Assembly: GCA_964586695.1 (NCBI GenBank)
Contig: CAZPGQ010000002.1
Coordinates: 6,337-70,336 of the forward strand
DNA length: 64,000 bases
Direction: 5' to 3'
DNA from: an uncultured Candidatus Saccharibacteria bacterium
GTDB taxonomy: Bacteria > Patescibacteriota > Minisyncoccia > Phycocordibacterales > DATDWN01
A model generated the notes under the pieces. The model was not told the DNA's origin. It saw nothing but the letters and a program-made list of their open reading frames with translations, and searched no databases. A program made the translations under genes and the position numbers. Positions 21,334 to 31,237 of the stretch are shown piece after piece; positions within the stretch are counted from its first letter, which is position 1; each line of letters begins with the position of its first letter.

Positions 21334-21930
21334 TTATTGTGTATCAAAAAGTCTTTGTGAAACCGCAGTTTGTATTGCAAAAGTAGATTTAATAGTTGGC
21401 TTTGAACCCACATAACCTTTAATAATTATGACTATCATAGGTTGTGCAAAATTAAGACTTGAATATTTTGCTGAACCATAAACATAAAACTTTAAACTCT
21501 CAATGGTAACGTCTGAACTAGTCAAATAAGATGGTGTAGCAGAGCCTCCAACGTATCTTGTAATACGATTACTCTCAAGCTTATAGATATAATTTACACC
21601 AGATGATGAATACAAAGATATTGAGGATGCTCCATTTACCATATCAGGACAGTCACTTGGCAGAGTCAAAACTACTGGATTAGTGGCTGGATCAGAATCA
21701 CAATGATAAAGATAACCAAAACGCATTACTCTTGTCATTGATTCCAAAGTAATATTTAGATTGTCCATAATGGATCGCATACTTTGTGATTTCCGATTTC
21801 CTTCTATAACACTGTATATAGACCCCATACTTATAGTCATAATAACTATAAATATAGTTGAAGAAACCATGATTTCTATCAGAGTAAATCCTCTTTTTTT
21901 ATTTATTTTTTTTATCTTATTGAATATCAT
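21334..21930 (-). CDS. Type IV pseudopilin / minor pilin
   Basis: KRGFTLIEIMVSSTIFIV prepilin N-terminus. Confidence 0.7.
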   Translation of the reverse strand: MIFNKIKKINKKRGFTLIEIMVSSTIFIVIMTISMGSIYSVIEGNRKSQSMRSIMDNLNITLESMTRVMRFGYLYHCDSDPATNPVVLTLPSDCPDMVNGASSISLYSSSGVNYIYKLESNRITRYVGGSATPSYLTSSDVTIESLKFYVYGSAKYSSLNFAQPMIVIIIKGYVGSKPTIKSTFAIQTAVSQRLFDTQ

Positions 21931-21942
21931 TATAAATATTTA

Positions 21943-22533
21943 CTATTGGAAATTTACCTGACCTGTTTTTTCTACCGTTATTGTAACAGTCTTACTTTTT
22001 GGAGACCTTAAAATAATTTTACCTGTATTTTTAGTAACTATATAATTATTACTACTATCAACAAAGTATATTATCGAATCTGGATCAGGACGAAGAAAAC
22101 CTATGTACATCCTTGTAGCGTTTGGAGGTGGACAAATCAAATCCCCACAAATACCATCAATTACAACATTACTTTTATATGCCCCCTTTTCAATACACTC
22201 TGTAGTACTAGTACCACAACCTGTTCCAACATCATAACGACCGTTAACATTTTTATCCACAAACAAATAGTAATCTGGACTTGAAGTGTCAAAATAAACG
22301 GCATAAGAATAATTAAAATTACCCCCAGAAACAGATGCCTCCCTAACATTTATTGCATAAGCTTGTGCTTGTTTTATTAATGACGCTATATCCTGAGCTG
22401 ATGCTGTCAAAGCCAATCTATCATTAAAATCAGAATAATTAAACAGCACAAAACTAGATATTATGGTTACTATTGATATAGAAACCAAAAGCTCAATTAA
22501 AGTGAAACCTCTTAAAGATTTTATGGTTTTCAT
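21943..22533 (-). CDS. Type IV pseudopilin / minor pilin
   Basis: LRGFTLIELLVSISIV prepilin N-terminus. Confidence 0.7.
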   Translation of the reverse strand: MKTIKSLRGFTLIELLVSISIVTIISSFVLFNYSDFNDRLALTASAQDIASLIKQAQAYAINVREASVSGGNFNYSYAVYFDTSSPDYYLFVDKNVNGRYDVGTGCGTSTTECIEKGAYKSNVVIDGICGDLICPPPNATRMYIGFLRPDPDSIIYFVDSSNNYIVTKNTGKIILRSPKSKTVTITVEKTGQVNFQ

Positions 22534-22535
22534 AA

Positions 22536-23372
22536 TTAACTCAATAGTTCTTTTATACCCAACACATCAATTCCACTAAAAAATACAATAACCATAGCCA
22601 GTATAAGAAATGGAGCAAACGGAATTTCGGAACTAACACTAACTCCATTATTTTTAGATAATTTGCTCCTTAATAGAATAAATACGCTGTATATTGCACC
22701 TATCCAAAAGGCCAATACTACAGCATTTAAACCAGAAGAAAGCCCCATAAATGCACCGATACCAAAAACAAGCTTAGCATCACCAAATCCCATCCAAAGA
22801 CCAGATGACACGAGCCACAACAAGGCAAATGGTGTAAATAAGATAAGAGGCGCAGACAAATCTAGATAATCCAAGAAAGAAAGATCAAAGTCTTTACAAT
22901 AAGCAAAGATAAAGAAACGAATCAGTGAAAGGAAAATAAAAGTGTATACCAGCTTATCTGGAATTATTTTATGCTTAATATCATATATACACATAACCAA
23001 CAAAAGAGAAAAGACCACTATATAGTAAATAGAAAATAAAACAGAATAAACAAGAGCATTTTCCAAACCAACATACATTGGCCAAAGCATATACTGTCTT
23101 AGACCAATCAATACAAATATTAAGCCAGCAGAAGCTTCGACAATAGGATACTGAATTGAAATCTCACTATGACAAGTTCGACATTTACCCCTTTGAAACA
23201 AAAAACTAAAGAGTGGTATTAGCTCGTACCATTCTAATGTTTTGTTACAATCGAAACATTTTGATCTTCCTGAAGCGAAAGAAAGCCCGCTGTTATATCG
23301 CAAACCTATTACATTAACAAAACTGCCGACAATAGTACCGAAAACAAAAAGTAGTATGAACAATAGCTCCAT
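22536..23372 (-). CDS. pilD: Prepilin peptidase (A24 family)
   Basis: N-terminal Zn-binding CxxC...CxxC (CFDCNKT...CRTCHSE), polytopic membrane, DIKHKIIPD catalytic region. Confidence 0.8.
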   Translation of the reverse strand: MELLFILLFVFGTIVGSFVNVIGLRYNSGLSFASGRSKCFDCNKTLEWYELIPLFSFLFQRGKCRTCHSEISIQYPIVEASAGLIFVLIGLRQYMLWPMYVGLENALVYSVLFSIYYIVVFSLLLVMCIYDIKHKIIPDKLVYTFIFLSLIRFFIFAYCKDFDLSFLDYLDLSAPLILFTPFALLWLVSSGLWMGFGDAKLVFGIGAFMGLSSGLNAVVLAFWIGAIYSVFILLRSKLSKNNGVSVSSEIPFAPFLILAMVIVFFSGIDVLGIKELLS

Positions 23373-23415
23373 ATAACTATTATATTATTAAAATCAAACA
23401 TTTGCACCAAAGATA

Positions 23416-23835
23416 CTAACAAGCGGTGATGCGACCTGCGCCAGCTGGTCTAGGTATCTGCTTAGAACTACCCACACTATCAACACACCAAACCTGCGCG
23501 CCACCGACAGAAGATTTGAGTGGGACCCAAGCGGCCCAAGCAACAATACTAGGCCAGCAAACCCCAACACTACCACCACTAGCATTTTTTGCTGCTTGAA
23601 ACAACTCATTCATTCTAGACTCTGCACAAATTGACCTAAAACCAATATCATTTACGTCATACCAATTTTCTCCTTCCCCTCTCATTGCGGATAAATTACT
23701 TTTTATTGCAGAATCTGCTGCATTATTTCTACCTGTCGTAAAAAAATTCAGCACAACTGATGACAATATACCGATAATCGCAATAACCACCAACAATTCG
23801 ATAAGTGTAAAACCTCTAATAGTTTTATATGTCAT
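23416..23835 (-). CDS. Type IV pilin (PilA-like), paralog 1
   Basis: IRGFTLIELLVVIAIIGILSSVVL N-terminus. C-terminal Cys pair. Confidence 0.8.
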   Translation of the reverse strand: MTYKTIRGFTLIELLVVIAIIGILSSVVLNFFTTGRNNAADSAIKSNLSAMRGEGENWYDVNDIGFRSICAESRMNELFQAAKNASGGSVGVCWPSIVAWAAWVPLKSSVGGAQVWCVDSVGSSKQIPRPAGAGRITAC

Positions 23836-23914
23836 TTTATAATTTTAACAAGAATTGGCTCAATTATTATTAATAATAAACTATTTTTTTTAAAAAATAT
23901 AGTTTATTGGCAAC

Positions 23915-23939
23915 AAAAAACCGCAAATAGCGGTTTTTT
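23915..23939. terminator. Rho-independent terminator hairpin downstream of pilin paralog 2
   Basis: aaaaaaccgcaaatagcggtttttt (palindromic, T-runs both sides). Confidence 0.6.
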
Positions 23940-23963
23940 GTACATTATAAAACGTAAAATAAA

Positions 23964-24443
23964 CTAAGTGTTTGCAATTACACAATCTGCATCTGTATTT
24001 GCGTCAAAAGTAGCAGTAGTAATTTGCATTGAGTTACCTGAATTATCCACACACCAAGCATTAGCGGGATCAGTCTTCAGAGGAGATGCTATTACATACC
24101 AAGTAGAATCCCCGGCGCAAATCACTTCAACATTACCATTCTTTACTATAGCATCATCAATCTGTTTCTGGACAGTTGGGTCGTCGGAAACTGAACTTGG
24201 CTGTCCAGCTGCCCCACAAGTGGCATTATAGTAAGCGCCAACAGGACCATAGTTACCACTAGTATCATAAAATACCTCAGCAGCCGCTCTAATACCTGCG
24301 ATGTCAGCCTTTATAGCAGCGTCAGAACCCTTTGCTCTTGCTGTATTGAGGGATGCCAAAACAACTGATGACAATATACCGATAATCGCAATAACCACCA
24401 ACAATTCGATAAGTGTAAAACCTCTGTTAAGTCTATTTTTCAT
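23964..24443 (-). CDS. Type IV pilin (PilA-like), paralog 2
   Basis: MKNRLNRGFTLIELLVVIAIIGILSSVVLASLNTAR... N-terminus. First about 60 aa near-identical to paralog 3. Confidence 0.8.
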   Translation of the reverse strand: MKNRLNRGFTLIELLVVIAIIGILSSVVLASLNTARAKGSDAAIKADIAGIRAAAEVFYDTSGNYGPVGAYYNATCGAAGQPSSVSDDPTVQKQIDDAIVKNGNVEVICAGDSTWYVIASPLKTDPANAWCVDNSGNSMQITTATFDANTDADCVIANT

Positions 24444-24516
24444 TATTTTAAAATGATTATTATAATTAGTTACTTAATAATAAATCATTTATTTTATAAA
24501 GTATAGTTTATTATTA

Positions 24517-24542
24517 ACAAAAAACCGCAATTTGCGGTTTTT
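24517..24542. terminator. Rho-independent terminator hairpin downstream of pilin paralog 3
   Basis: aaaaaaccgcaatttgcggtttttt, near-identical to the hairpin at 23915. Confidence 0.6.
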
Positions 24543-24568
24543 TGCACATCATGAAATGTGGAAATATA

Positions 24569-25051
24569 TTAACTATTTGCTAATACACAGTCAGAATCTC
24601 CAGTACCTGTGAAAGTAGCCATTGTAATCTGCATTGAATTACCTGAACTATCCACACACCAACCATTAGCTGTACTTGTCTTTAGAGGAACAGCAACAAC
24701 ATAGAGTGAAGGAGAACCAACACATATCGCATCTGTACCACCATTCTTTGCAACAGCATCATCAATTTGTTTCTGTACTATTGGATCTGCTGAAACTGAA
24801 CCAGCAGTAGGTGAAACGCCACAAGATCCATCAAAAAATAGAGCGGCTGAACCGTAGTTACCATTAGCTGTATCATAAAAAACCTCTGCAGCGGCTCTGA
24901 TACCTGCAACGTCCGCTTTGATAGCAGCATCTGATCCCTTACTTCTAGCTGTGTTTAGTGAAGCCAAAACAACTGATGACAATATACCGATAATCGCAAT
25001 AACCACCAACAATTCGATAAGTGTAAAACCTCTGTTAAGTCTATTTTTCAT
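24569..25051 (-). CDS. Type IV pilin (PilA-like), paralog 3
   Basis: Same conserved N-terminus, divergent C-terminal half. Confidence 0.8.
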   Translation of the reverse strand: MKNRLNRGFTLIELLVVIAIIGILSSVVLASLNTARSKGSDAAIKADVAGIRAAAEVFYDTANGNYGSAALFFDGSCGVSPTAGSVSADPIVQKQIDDAVAKNGGTDAICVGSPSLYVVAVPLKTSTANGWCVDSSGNSMQITMATFTGTGDSDCVLANS

Positions 25052-25211
25052 AATTAAATTTTATAATTTTTATTACTAATTTTTTATAATATAACCTCCA
25101 TAATTATTCGACCATCGCTCTCTTTTCAGAGATTACCGTTTTATATAAACGAATAGATATATTATACGGCTGTATTAGAACTAATAAAAGTACCCCTGTG
25201 GATAAGCCACT

Positions 25212-26423
25212 CTATGCAGCAGAAGCAATATTGTATATAGGCATCAAAACAGCGGCCAGAAGCACTCCAACTCCGAGACCAAGAGAAACAATCATCACAG
25301 GCTCTATAAGACTAACCAGAGTGTCGACAGCTGTCATAACTTCTCTTTGGTAGAAATTTGATAGGGATTTAAGAATTTTACCCAATTCCCCCGTCTCCTC
25401 TCCAACCTTAACCATCTGGGTAAGAATATTTGGGATTTCTTTATGCTGCGCAAAAGCATTTGATAGAGATGTTCCTTCTTTAACCTTCTGTAGTGCATCA
25501 TTTAGAATATCTCTAAACATTATATTGTCTACAATTGAAGAAGTTATTTCTAAAGCCTTTAAAATTGGTATTCCACTAATAATCATAGTATTTAAGTTGT
25601 CTGCAATACGTGACAAGTAAAGTTTCCTGTACAAATCTCCTACATATGGAACATTAAGTTTAAGGGTATCAAAATATGCAGCTCCTTCTTCTGTCTGCGC
25701 ATACTTCCACGACATAAAACCCAAAACAACCAACCCAATTGCCATATAAATGCCATAATTTATGAAAAGACTACTTAAATTTAAAACTATAGATGTATAT
25801 ACAGGCACAGGTTGACCAGAGTCAGTTATCATCAAAGCAATTTTAGGAATTATGACTGTTAGCATCAGAACCATAACAGCCAAAAATGTAAATATAATAA
25901 ATGCTGGATATATTAATGCACTTTTTGCTTTTGATGTTACAGCATATGTTCGATCAAGATAGTCTGCTAAGTAGTTAAATATTTCATCCAACTTTCCAGA
26001 CTCTTCACCAGACTTAACCATATTTACGTAAAAACCAGAAAATGTATCTGGATATTTTGACAAAGCCATTGAGATAGAACTTCCACCTTGTATATCATCT
26101 GAAACTTGAGACAAATATTTTGAAAGCAACTTATTGTCAACCTGTGCAGAAAGTAATCTAAAAACTCTTAATGCTGATATTTGAGCTGAAAACAAAGTTG
26201 CTATCTGTCTAGACAATATGACTATATCTTTATTTGAAACTTTATTAAAAATAGCCAAATTGGATAAGTCAAAACCTTTTTGTGACTCATCTACAGAGTT
26301 TATTTGTGTAATAACCAGACCATTACTTTGTAGTTGCTTTATGGCAACATCCACATTAAAAGCCTCTACAGTTCCTTCTGTGGGTGAACCAGTTTTATTT
26401 ATGGCTTTATATTTGAATATCAT
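25212..26423 (-). CDS. pilC: Type IV pilus inner-membrane platform protein (GspF/PilC family)
   Basis: 403 aa, duplicated T2SSF-like domains with 3 TM segments. Confidence 0.8.
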   Translation of the reverse strand: MIFKYKAINKTGSPTEGTVEAFNVDVAIKQLQSNGLVITQINSVDESQKGFDLSNLAIFNKVSNKDIVILSRQIATLFSAQISALRVFRLLSAQVDNKLLSKYLSQVSDDIQGGSSISMALSKYPDTFSGFYVNMVKSGEESGKLDEIFNYLADYLDRTYAVTSKAKSALIYPAFIIFTFLAVMVLMLTVIIPKIALMITDSGQPVPVYTSIVLNLSSLFINYGIYMAIGLVVLGFMSWKYAQTEEGAAYFDTLKLNVPYVGDLYRKLYLSRIADNLNTMIISGIPILKALEITSSIVDNIMFRDILNDALQKVKEGTSLSNAFAQHKEIPNILTQMVKVGEETGELGKILKSLSNFYQREVMTAVDTLVSLIEPVMIVSLGLGVGVLLAAVLMPIYNIASAA

Positions 26424-26427
26424 AAAT

Positions 26428-27495
26428 TTATATCATTCTATCTAGACCTTTTGGATTCTGAGTGTGTAGATAAGCATTTTCAATAGAAATCTCCCCCGCC
26501 CTCACCAAGTCACTCAAGTATCTATTTAAATCAATCATTCCCTGATCTGAACTAGTTTCTATAACAGAATTTATTTCGTGTATACGATTCTCTCTGATTA
26601 GATTTGCAACAGCACTATTGTTTATAAGCAACTCTACAGCAGGAATAAGCCCTCCTGAAATTCTTGGTATTAAACGCTGAGAGAAAATTCCAAGTAAACT
26701 TGAAGATAACTGACTTCTAATCTGTGACTGCTGTCTTGTATCAAATGAGTCTATGATACGGTCTATAGTTTGCGCAGCATTGTTAGTGTGAAGTGTAGAA
26801 AAAACCAAATGTCCAGTTTCTGCAGCGGTAACAGCTGTAGAAATATCTTCAGGAGTTCTCATTTCACCTATCATAATCACATTTATGTCCTGTCTAAAAG
26901 TACCCTGAAGTGCTGTATGAAAATCTGGTGTATCTTCCAAAACTTCCCTCTGATCTATAATAGATTTTTTTGATTCGAATATGTACTCGACAGGGTCTTC
27001 TATAGTAACTATATGTTCTAGACGCTCTTGATTTATGATTTCAATCATAGAGGCAAGTGTTGTACTTTTTCCCTGACCAGTAGGACCCACAACAAGAAAG
27101 AAACCCTGCTTTTTGCTTGTAAAATTCGTAAGAATAGAAGGCAATTTTAATTCTTCAAGTGTTTTTACATGTCGAGGTATAATTCGAAGCGCTATACTTA
27201 TCTTACTCAACTGAATAAATGCATTACCTCTAAATCTTGCAATTGTTCCACTGTTATATGCAAAGTCTACTTCTTTCTTTGTAACAAATATTTCCTTTTT
27301 AGAATCGTCTATCATTTCATCCAGAACCCCCTTTACATCCTGTTTTGACATAACGCCCTGGTTTACAAGAGGAATCAAAATACCAGAAACACGAATAGCA
27401 GGAACTCTACCCTCTCCAATATGTATGTCCGAAGCACCTTCTTTCAAAAGAATTGCAATCAAAGTGTCTAATTGTTTTTTATAATCTGTTGCCAT
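26428..27495 (-). CDS. pilT: Type IV pilus retraction ATPase (PilT family)
   Basis: 355 aa. Walker A GPTGQGKSTTLASMI. Size and architecture of PilT rather than PilB. Confidence 0.8.
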   Translation of the reverse strand: MATDYKKQLDTLIAILLKEGASDIHIGEGRVPAIRVSGILIPLVNQGVMSKQDVKGVLDEMIDDSKKEIFVTKKEVDFAYNSGTIARFRGNAFIQLSKISIALRIIPRHVKTLEELKLPSILTNFTSKKQGFFLVVGPTGQGKSTTLASMIEIINQERLEHIVTIEDPVEYIFESKKSIIDQREVLEDTPDFHTALQGTFRQDINVIMIGEMRTPEDISTAVTAAETGHLVFSTLHTNNAAQTIDRIIDSFDTRQQSQIRSQLSSSLLGIFSQRLIPRISGGLIPAVELLINNSAVANLIRENRIHEINSVIETSSDQGMIDLNRYLSDLVRAGEISIENAYLHTQNPKGLDRMI

Positions 27496-27882
27496 TTATT
27501 TTTGTTTATTTTTATAGACAGAAAGCACCTGATCAACAACTTCCGATGGAATAGTAGTTGCTTTTATTATATAACCATCAACACCAAGCACCTTTGCTTT
27601 ATCAAAATCATCTGCCTGATTTGTTAACATAATTATTGTTGATTCTGGCAATAATTTTTCCTCTCTAATTTTTTTAAGAAGCTCTAAACCATCCATACCA
27701 GGCATTATTATATCCATAAGTATAATGTTATAGACATTTGAGCGAATTTTTTCTAGAGCAGACAGACTATTTGATGACGTATCTATCTCAAGACCTGACT
27801 TCTTAAACTTCATGGAATACATATCGAGAAGAAACTTGTCATCATCAATAAGTAGTATTTTTATTTGTGGGTTATCTGACAT
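27496..27882 (-). CDS. CheY-like response regulator receiver (stand-alone REC, PilH-like)
   Basis: KILLIDDDKFLL...ILMDIIMPGMDGLELLKKIR. 128 aa, no output domain. Confidence 0.75.
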   Translation of the reverse strand: MSDNPQIKILLIDDDKFLLDMYSMKFKKSGLEIDTSSNSLSALEKIRSNVYNIILMDIIMPGMDGLELLKKIREEKLLPESTIIMLTNQADDFDKAKVLGVDGYIIKATTIPSEVVDQVLSVYKNKQK

Positions 27883-27890
27883 TTTTTTGA

Positions 27891-29609
27891 TTATAACATA
27901 TTGACCTCTTCAAAAGGAATCAGCTTGTGCATTGCTTTTATAATTGCATCTTCTTTCATTGTGATCATTCCATTTGCTCTAACTAGTTTTGCAATTTCTA
28001 TTTCATTTGCACCTTTCAAGATCAAACTTTCTAGGTCTTTACCCATTTCCATAACTTCCATAACAGCAACTCTTCCTCTTGTTCCATTTGGGCATTCTGG
28101 ACTTTCACCTGCCTTATAAACTTTATCAGTGAATTCTATTTCATCTTTAAATTTCTTTGGCAGGTCTTCGAATTGTTTATCTATCATAACTTTTATACTA
28201 CCTTCTACCGCCATTGGCACACCAGCATCTGGACACAATCCCAACGCTAGGCGCTGTGCTATAGCCAAAATAAGCGTAGGGGCAATAAGATATGGATCAA
28301 TACCCATATCTATAAGTCTTGGAATCACGCCAACAGCTGTGTTCGTGTGGATTGTCGAAAGCACCAAGTGACCCGTCAAAGCAGCCTGTATGGCTAGCTG
28401 AGCTGTCTCTTTGTCTCGAATCTCACCCACCATTATAATGTCTGGGTCTTGACGAAGTGTTGTACGAAGTCCAGATGCAAATGTATAACCAATCTCTGAT
28501 TGAACTTGGGATTGAGATATACCCTCAATGTTATATTCGATAGGATCTTCAAGAGAAAGAACATTTTGATGTTCCCTATCAAGCTCGTTTAACATTGAAT
28601 AAAGAGTTGTTGTTTTTCCTGAACCTGTTGGACCAGAAATTAATATAAGGCCATACGGTTTATCAATCGCATCCCTGATAAGTTTTATATTTTTTGGACT
28701 CAAACCTAATTGTTCCAAAGTTTTTATACCCTTTTCTTGATCCAAAAGACGCATCACAACCTTCTCTCCAAAATATGTAGGGAATGTAGAAACACGAAAG
28801 TCTATCTTCCTACCTTCAATACGTGTAGTAAAACGACCGTCCTGTGGCTTCCTTCTTTCATCCAATCTCATTTCACTCAAAATTTTGATACGAGCAACCA
28901 CCGCAGAATGAACTTTTGAAGGCAACGTCAGACTTGTGTTCATAACGCCATCAACACGAAAACGAACCTTAACCTGTTCTCTCCACGGTTCAATGTGAAT
29001 ATCTGAAGCATTACCGTCTGAAGCATATCGTAGTATTGTTGCTACGATTCTTGTTACTGGTGCATCTTCTGAAATTTCACTTTCATTTGGAGTTTCATTT
29101 TCAGCATTTGCTCTTTCTTCCGCTCTCGTGGTTTCCAGTGCTAGTTCTGTTTCTAGCTCACTTAATGTCTTAGAAACCTCTGCTGTTATGCCTTTGTATT
29201 GTGAAGAAATTTTATTAAAATCTGCCTCAGAAATTAAGAAGATTTTAAACGGCATACCAATTTTTGTTGATATGAAATTTAATGCATCACGAGCCTCTAT
29301 GTCATCAGGATCAACCATTCCAACCTCTAGTACCCCGTTTGTAACAGCCAAAGGAACAAAACGATAGTGCGAGACTGAATCTTCTGGAATATAAGAAAGA
29401 ATTTTTTCTGAAACATCCTTACCACTCAAATTTTTTGTTGGTATATCAAAATACTCCCCTTTTGCCAAGAGAATATCGTGAGGAGAAACTCCATTTTTAA
29501 TCAAAGATTCTTCTATTGTTATACCTTCGTTAACAGAATAATCAGTAATCTTATTGACATCACTTTGATTAACTATTTTCTTTTGTACTAATATCTGAAT
29601 TATATCCAT
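27891..29609 (-). CDS. pilB: Type IV pilus assembly ATPase (GspE/PilB family)
   Basis: 572 aa. N-terminal GSPII_E_N-like region. Walker A ISGPTGSGKTTTLYSML. Confidence 0.85.
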   Translation of the reverse strand: MDIIQILVQKKIVNQSDVNKITDYSVNEGITIEESLIKNGVSPHDILLAKGEYFDIPTKNLSGKDVSEKILSYIPEDSVSHYRFVPLAVTNGVLEVGMVDPDDIEARDALNFISTKIGMPFKIFLISEADFNKISSQYKGITAEVSKTLSELETELALETTRAEERANAENETPNESEISEDAPVTRIVATILRYASDGNASDIHIEPWREQVKVRFRVDGVMNTSLTLPSKVHSAVVARIKILSEMRLDERRKPQDGRFTTRIEGRKIDFRVSTFPTYFGEKVVMRLLDQEKGIKTLEQLGLSPKNIKLIRDAIDKPYGLILISGPTGSGKTTTLYSMLNELDREHQNVLSLEDPIEYNIEGISQSQVQSEIGYTFASGLRTTLRQDPDIIMVGEIRDKETAQLAIQAALTGHLVLSTIHTNTAVGVIPRLIDMGIDPYLIAPTLILAIAQRLALGLCPDAGVPMAVEGSIKVMIDKQFEDLPKKFKDEIEFTDKVYKAGESPECPNGTRGRVAVMEVMEMGKDLESLILKGANEIEIAKLVRANGMITMKEDAIIKAMHKLIPFEEVNML

Positions 29610-29611
29610 AT

Positions 29612-29953
29612 TTAAGGTCTAGATGCAGTTTGTGTTTTTGGAGCTCTATAAGTCCCATCCTCAGCACCTATAGGAGCAAATGGATTTGGTCTACCCTGCT
29701 CTTCAGGCGAAATAATAGACGAAAAATCGACTAAACTTAGAAAAGCTTCATTTGAAAAAATTGTTTTATCAATTTTTAAATCCTTAAGTTTAGTAACTAA
29801 TGCTACAACATCCTCACTAGTCGTTTCAGCCTCAATAGATTCATTAAGAACAACACCTTCTGTAGATTTGTTGTATAAACCGTAACCCAAATAGGCCACA
29901 AAAATAATAGTTATTGATACAGCTATTAATTTTTGAACGAGTGATGTGAGCAT
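29612..29953 (-). CDS. Small single-TM pilus-assembly accessory protein (PilP-like position), function uncertain
   Basis: 113 aa, N-terminal TM, operon context. Confidence 0.4.
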   Translation of the reverse strand: MLTSLVQKLIAVSITIIFVAYLGYGLYNKSTEGVVLNESIEAETTSEDVVALVTKLKDLKIDKTIFSNEAFLSLVDFSSIISPEEQGRPNPFAPIGAEDGTYRAPKTQTASRP

Positions 29954-29954
29954 A

Positions 29955-30509
29955 TTATTTTAGAGAATAGGTATTTACTTCTAATGAAACTTTGACCAAA
30001 GAATCCAACTTTGTACTATCTGACAATTCTACGTCCAGGCCAACAACATCTATGACTCTTAAACTAGTCTCTATATCATTCAAAAAACCTAATGCATCCT
30101 CATATTTACCAACAATATTAAAAGTCGCCGAGGTTGTCCTATATGTTGGTGTGAGTAAACCAGTTATATCATCTTGTCTAACATCGGATCTGTTGTCTGT
30201 AGTGGTAAACCCATCAAACGAAAGGTTCCTTTGGTTTGCCATACCTGTTAAATCATTAACAAAAGTAACTGGATCAAACTTATCTGGCACAGCCTTAGTC
30301 AGTCTATCCATATCTTCCTGTGATATCGTATTGTAATCCTGCAATATCTGATCTCTTTTATCATTTAAACCAGTAGCCTCTTGAATTACAGTTTTATAAT
30401 CTTTATTCATTTTTGCTAGTAATTTTACTTTACCAGCAAGAGGTACTATATAAAAATAGTACATAAAGATTGAAATTATAACGACTAATATTGGTGTTAA
30501 TGATTTCAT
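29955..30509 (-). CDS. PilO-like bitopic pilus assembly protein
   Basis: 184 aa, N-terminal TM followed by coiled coil. Context between pilN-like and pilB. Confidence 0.45.
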   Translation of the reverse strand: MKSLTPILVVIISIFMYYFYIVPLAGKVKLLAKMNKDYKTVIQEATGLNDKRDQILQDYNTISQEDMDRLTKAVPDKFDPVTFVNDLTGMANQRNLSFDGFTTTDNRSDVRQDDITGLLTPTYRTTSATFNIVGKYEDALGFLNDIETSLRVIDVVGLDVELSDSTKLDSLVKVSLEVNTYSLK

Positions 30510-31151
30510 TTATGGTTCAATTTGTGACTCATCAGTTACAGTTGATTCAACCTGATCAACAGCAGTATCCTCTGCCTTCATATAAGAAATAACAGTAGTG
30601 TCTATACCAGATGTAAAAGTAATTTTCACATTACCATTGTCTTGTAATGAAAAATCGCCAAATGTAGGATTTACTATGTACGGATTCTGAGAAAAAATAT
30701 TTGATTGCTCGACTACTGCGTTATATGTCTGTGCCTCACCCGCCATTGTTAATGTTGGAATATTATTCTGCTTATTATAACTTAACTTTGTTAGTCTAAC
30801 TTTCTTTACAATTAAATCTTGCATGAGGTACAAAATTTCTGAAGTAGACACGTGATTATTTATAATTCTTCTTGCAGAAGTTATCTTAGCATCTACATCA
30901 ACCAACTCTTGCACTTTTTCGACTTGATAGACAGCTTTAGCTTTTTTTAAATCTTCATCTGCTTTACTTATCTGACTCAATAAAATCATTTTGTATAAAA
31001 ACAAGCCTCCAAAAGTAGCTAGAGAGATAACAAATATAGTATTAGAAATTATAGATATAATATTAATATCTCTTACAACATTTGAACTATGACCAGGTTC
31101 ATTTATTATAGATTTCTTAGGAATGAACGATGTTTGGAATGTTGGTTGCAT
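30510..31151 (-). CDS. pilN: PilN-like bitopic pilus assembly protein
   Basis: 213 aa, TM (IFVISLATFGGLFLY) followed by coiled coil. Immediately downstream of pilM. Confidence 0.5.
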   Translation of the reverse strand: MQPTFQTSFIPKKSIINEPGHSSNVVRDINIISIISNTIFVISLATFGGLFLYKMILLSQISKADEDLKKAKAVYQVEKVQELVDVDAKITSARRIINNHVSTSEILYLMQDLIVKKVRLTKLSYNKQNNIPTLTMAGEAQTYNAVVEQSNIFSQNPYIVNPTFGDFSLQDNGNVKITFTSGIDTTVISYMKAEDTAVDQVESTVTDESQIEP

Positions 31152-31237
31152 AAGTTATAAGTAATTATATTACAGTATATATAAAAAGACTATATGCTAT
31201 TGGTGGAAAACTAATTATAAACTATATAAATTAAAAA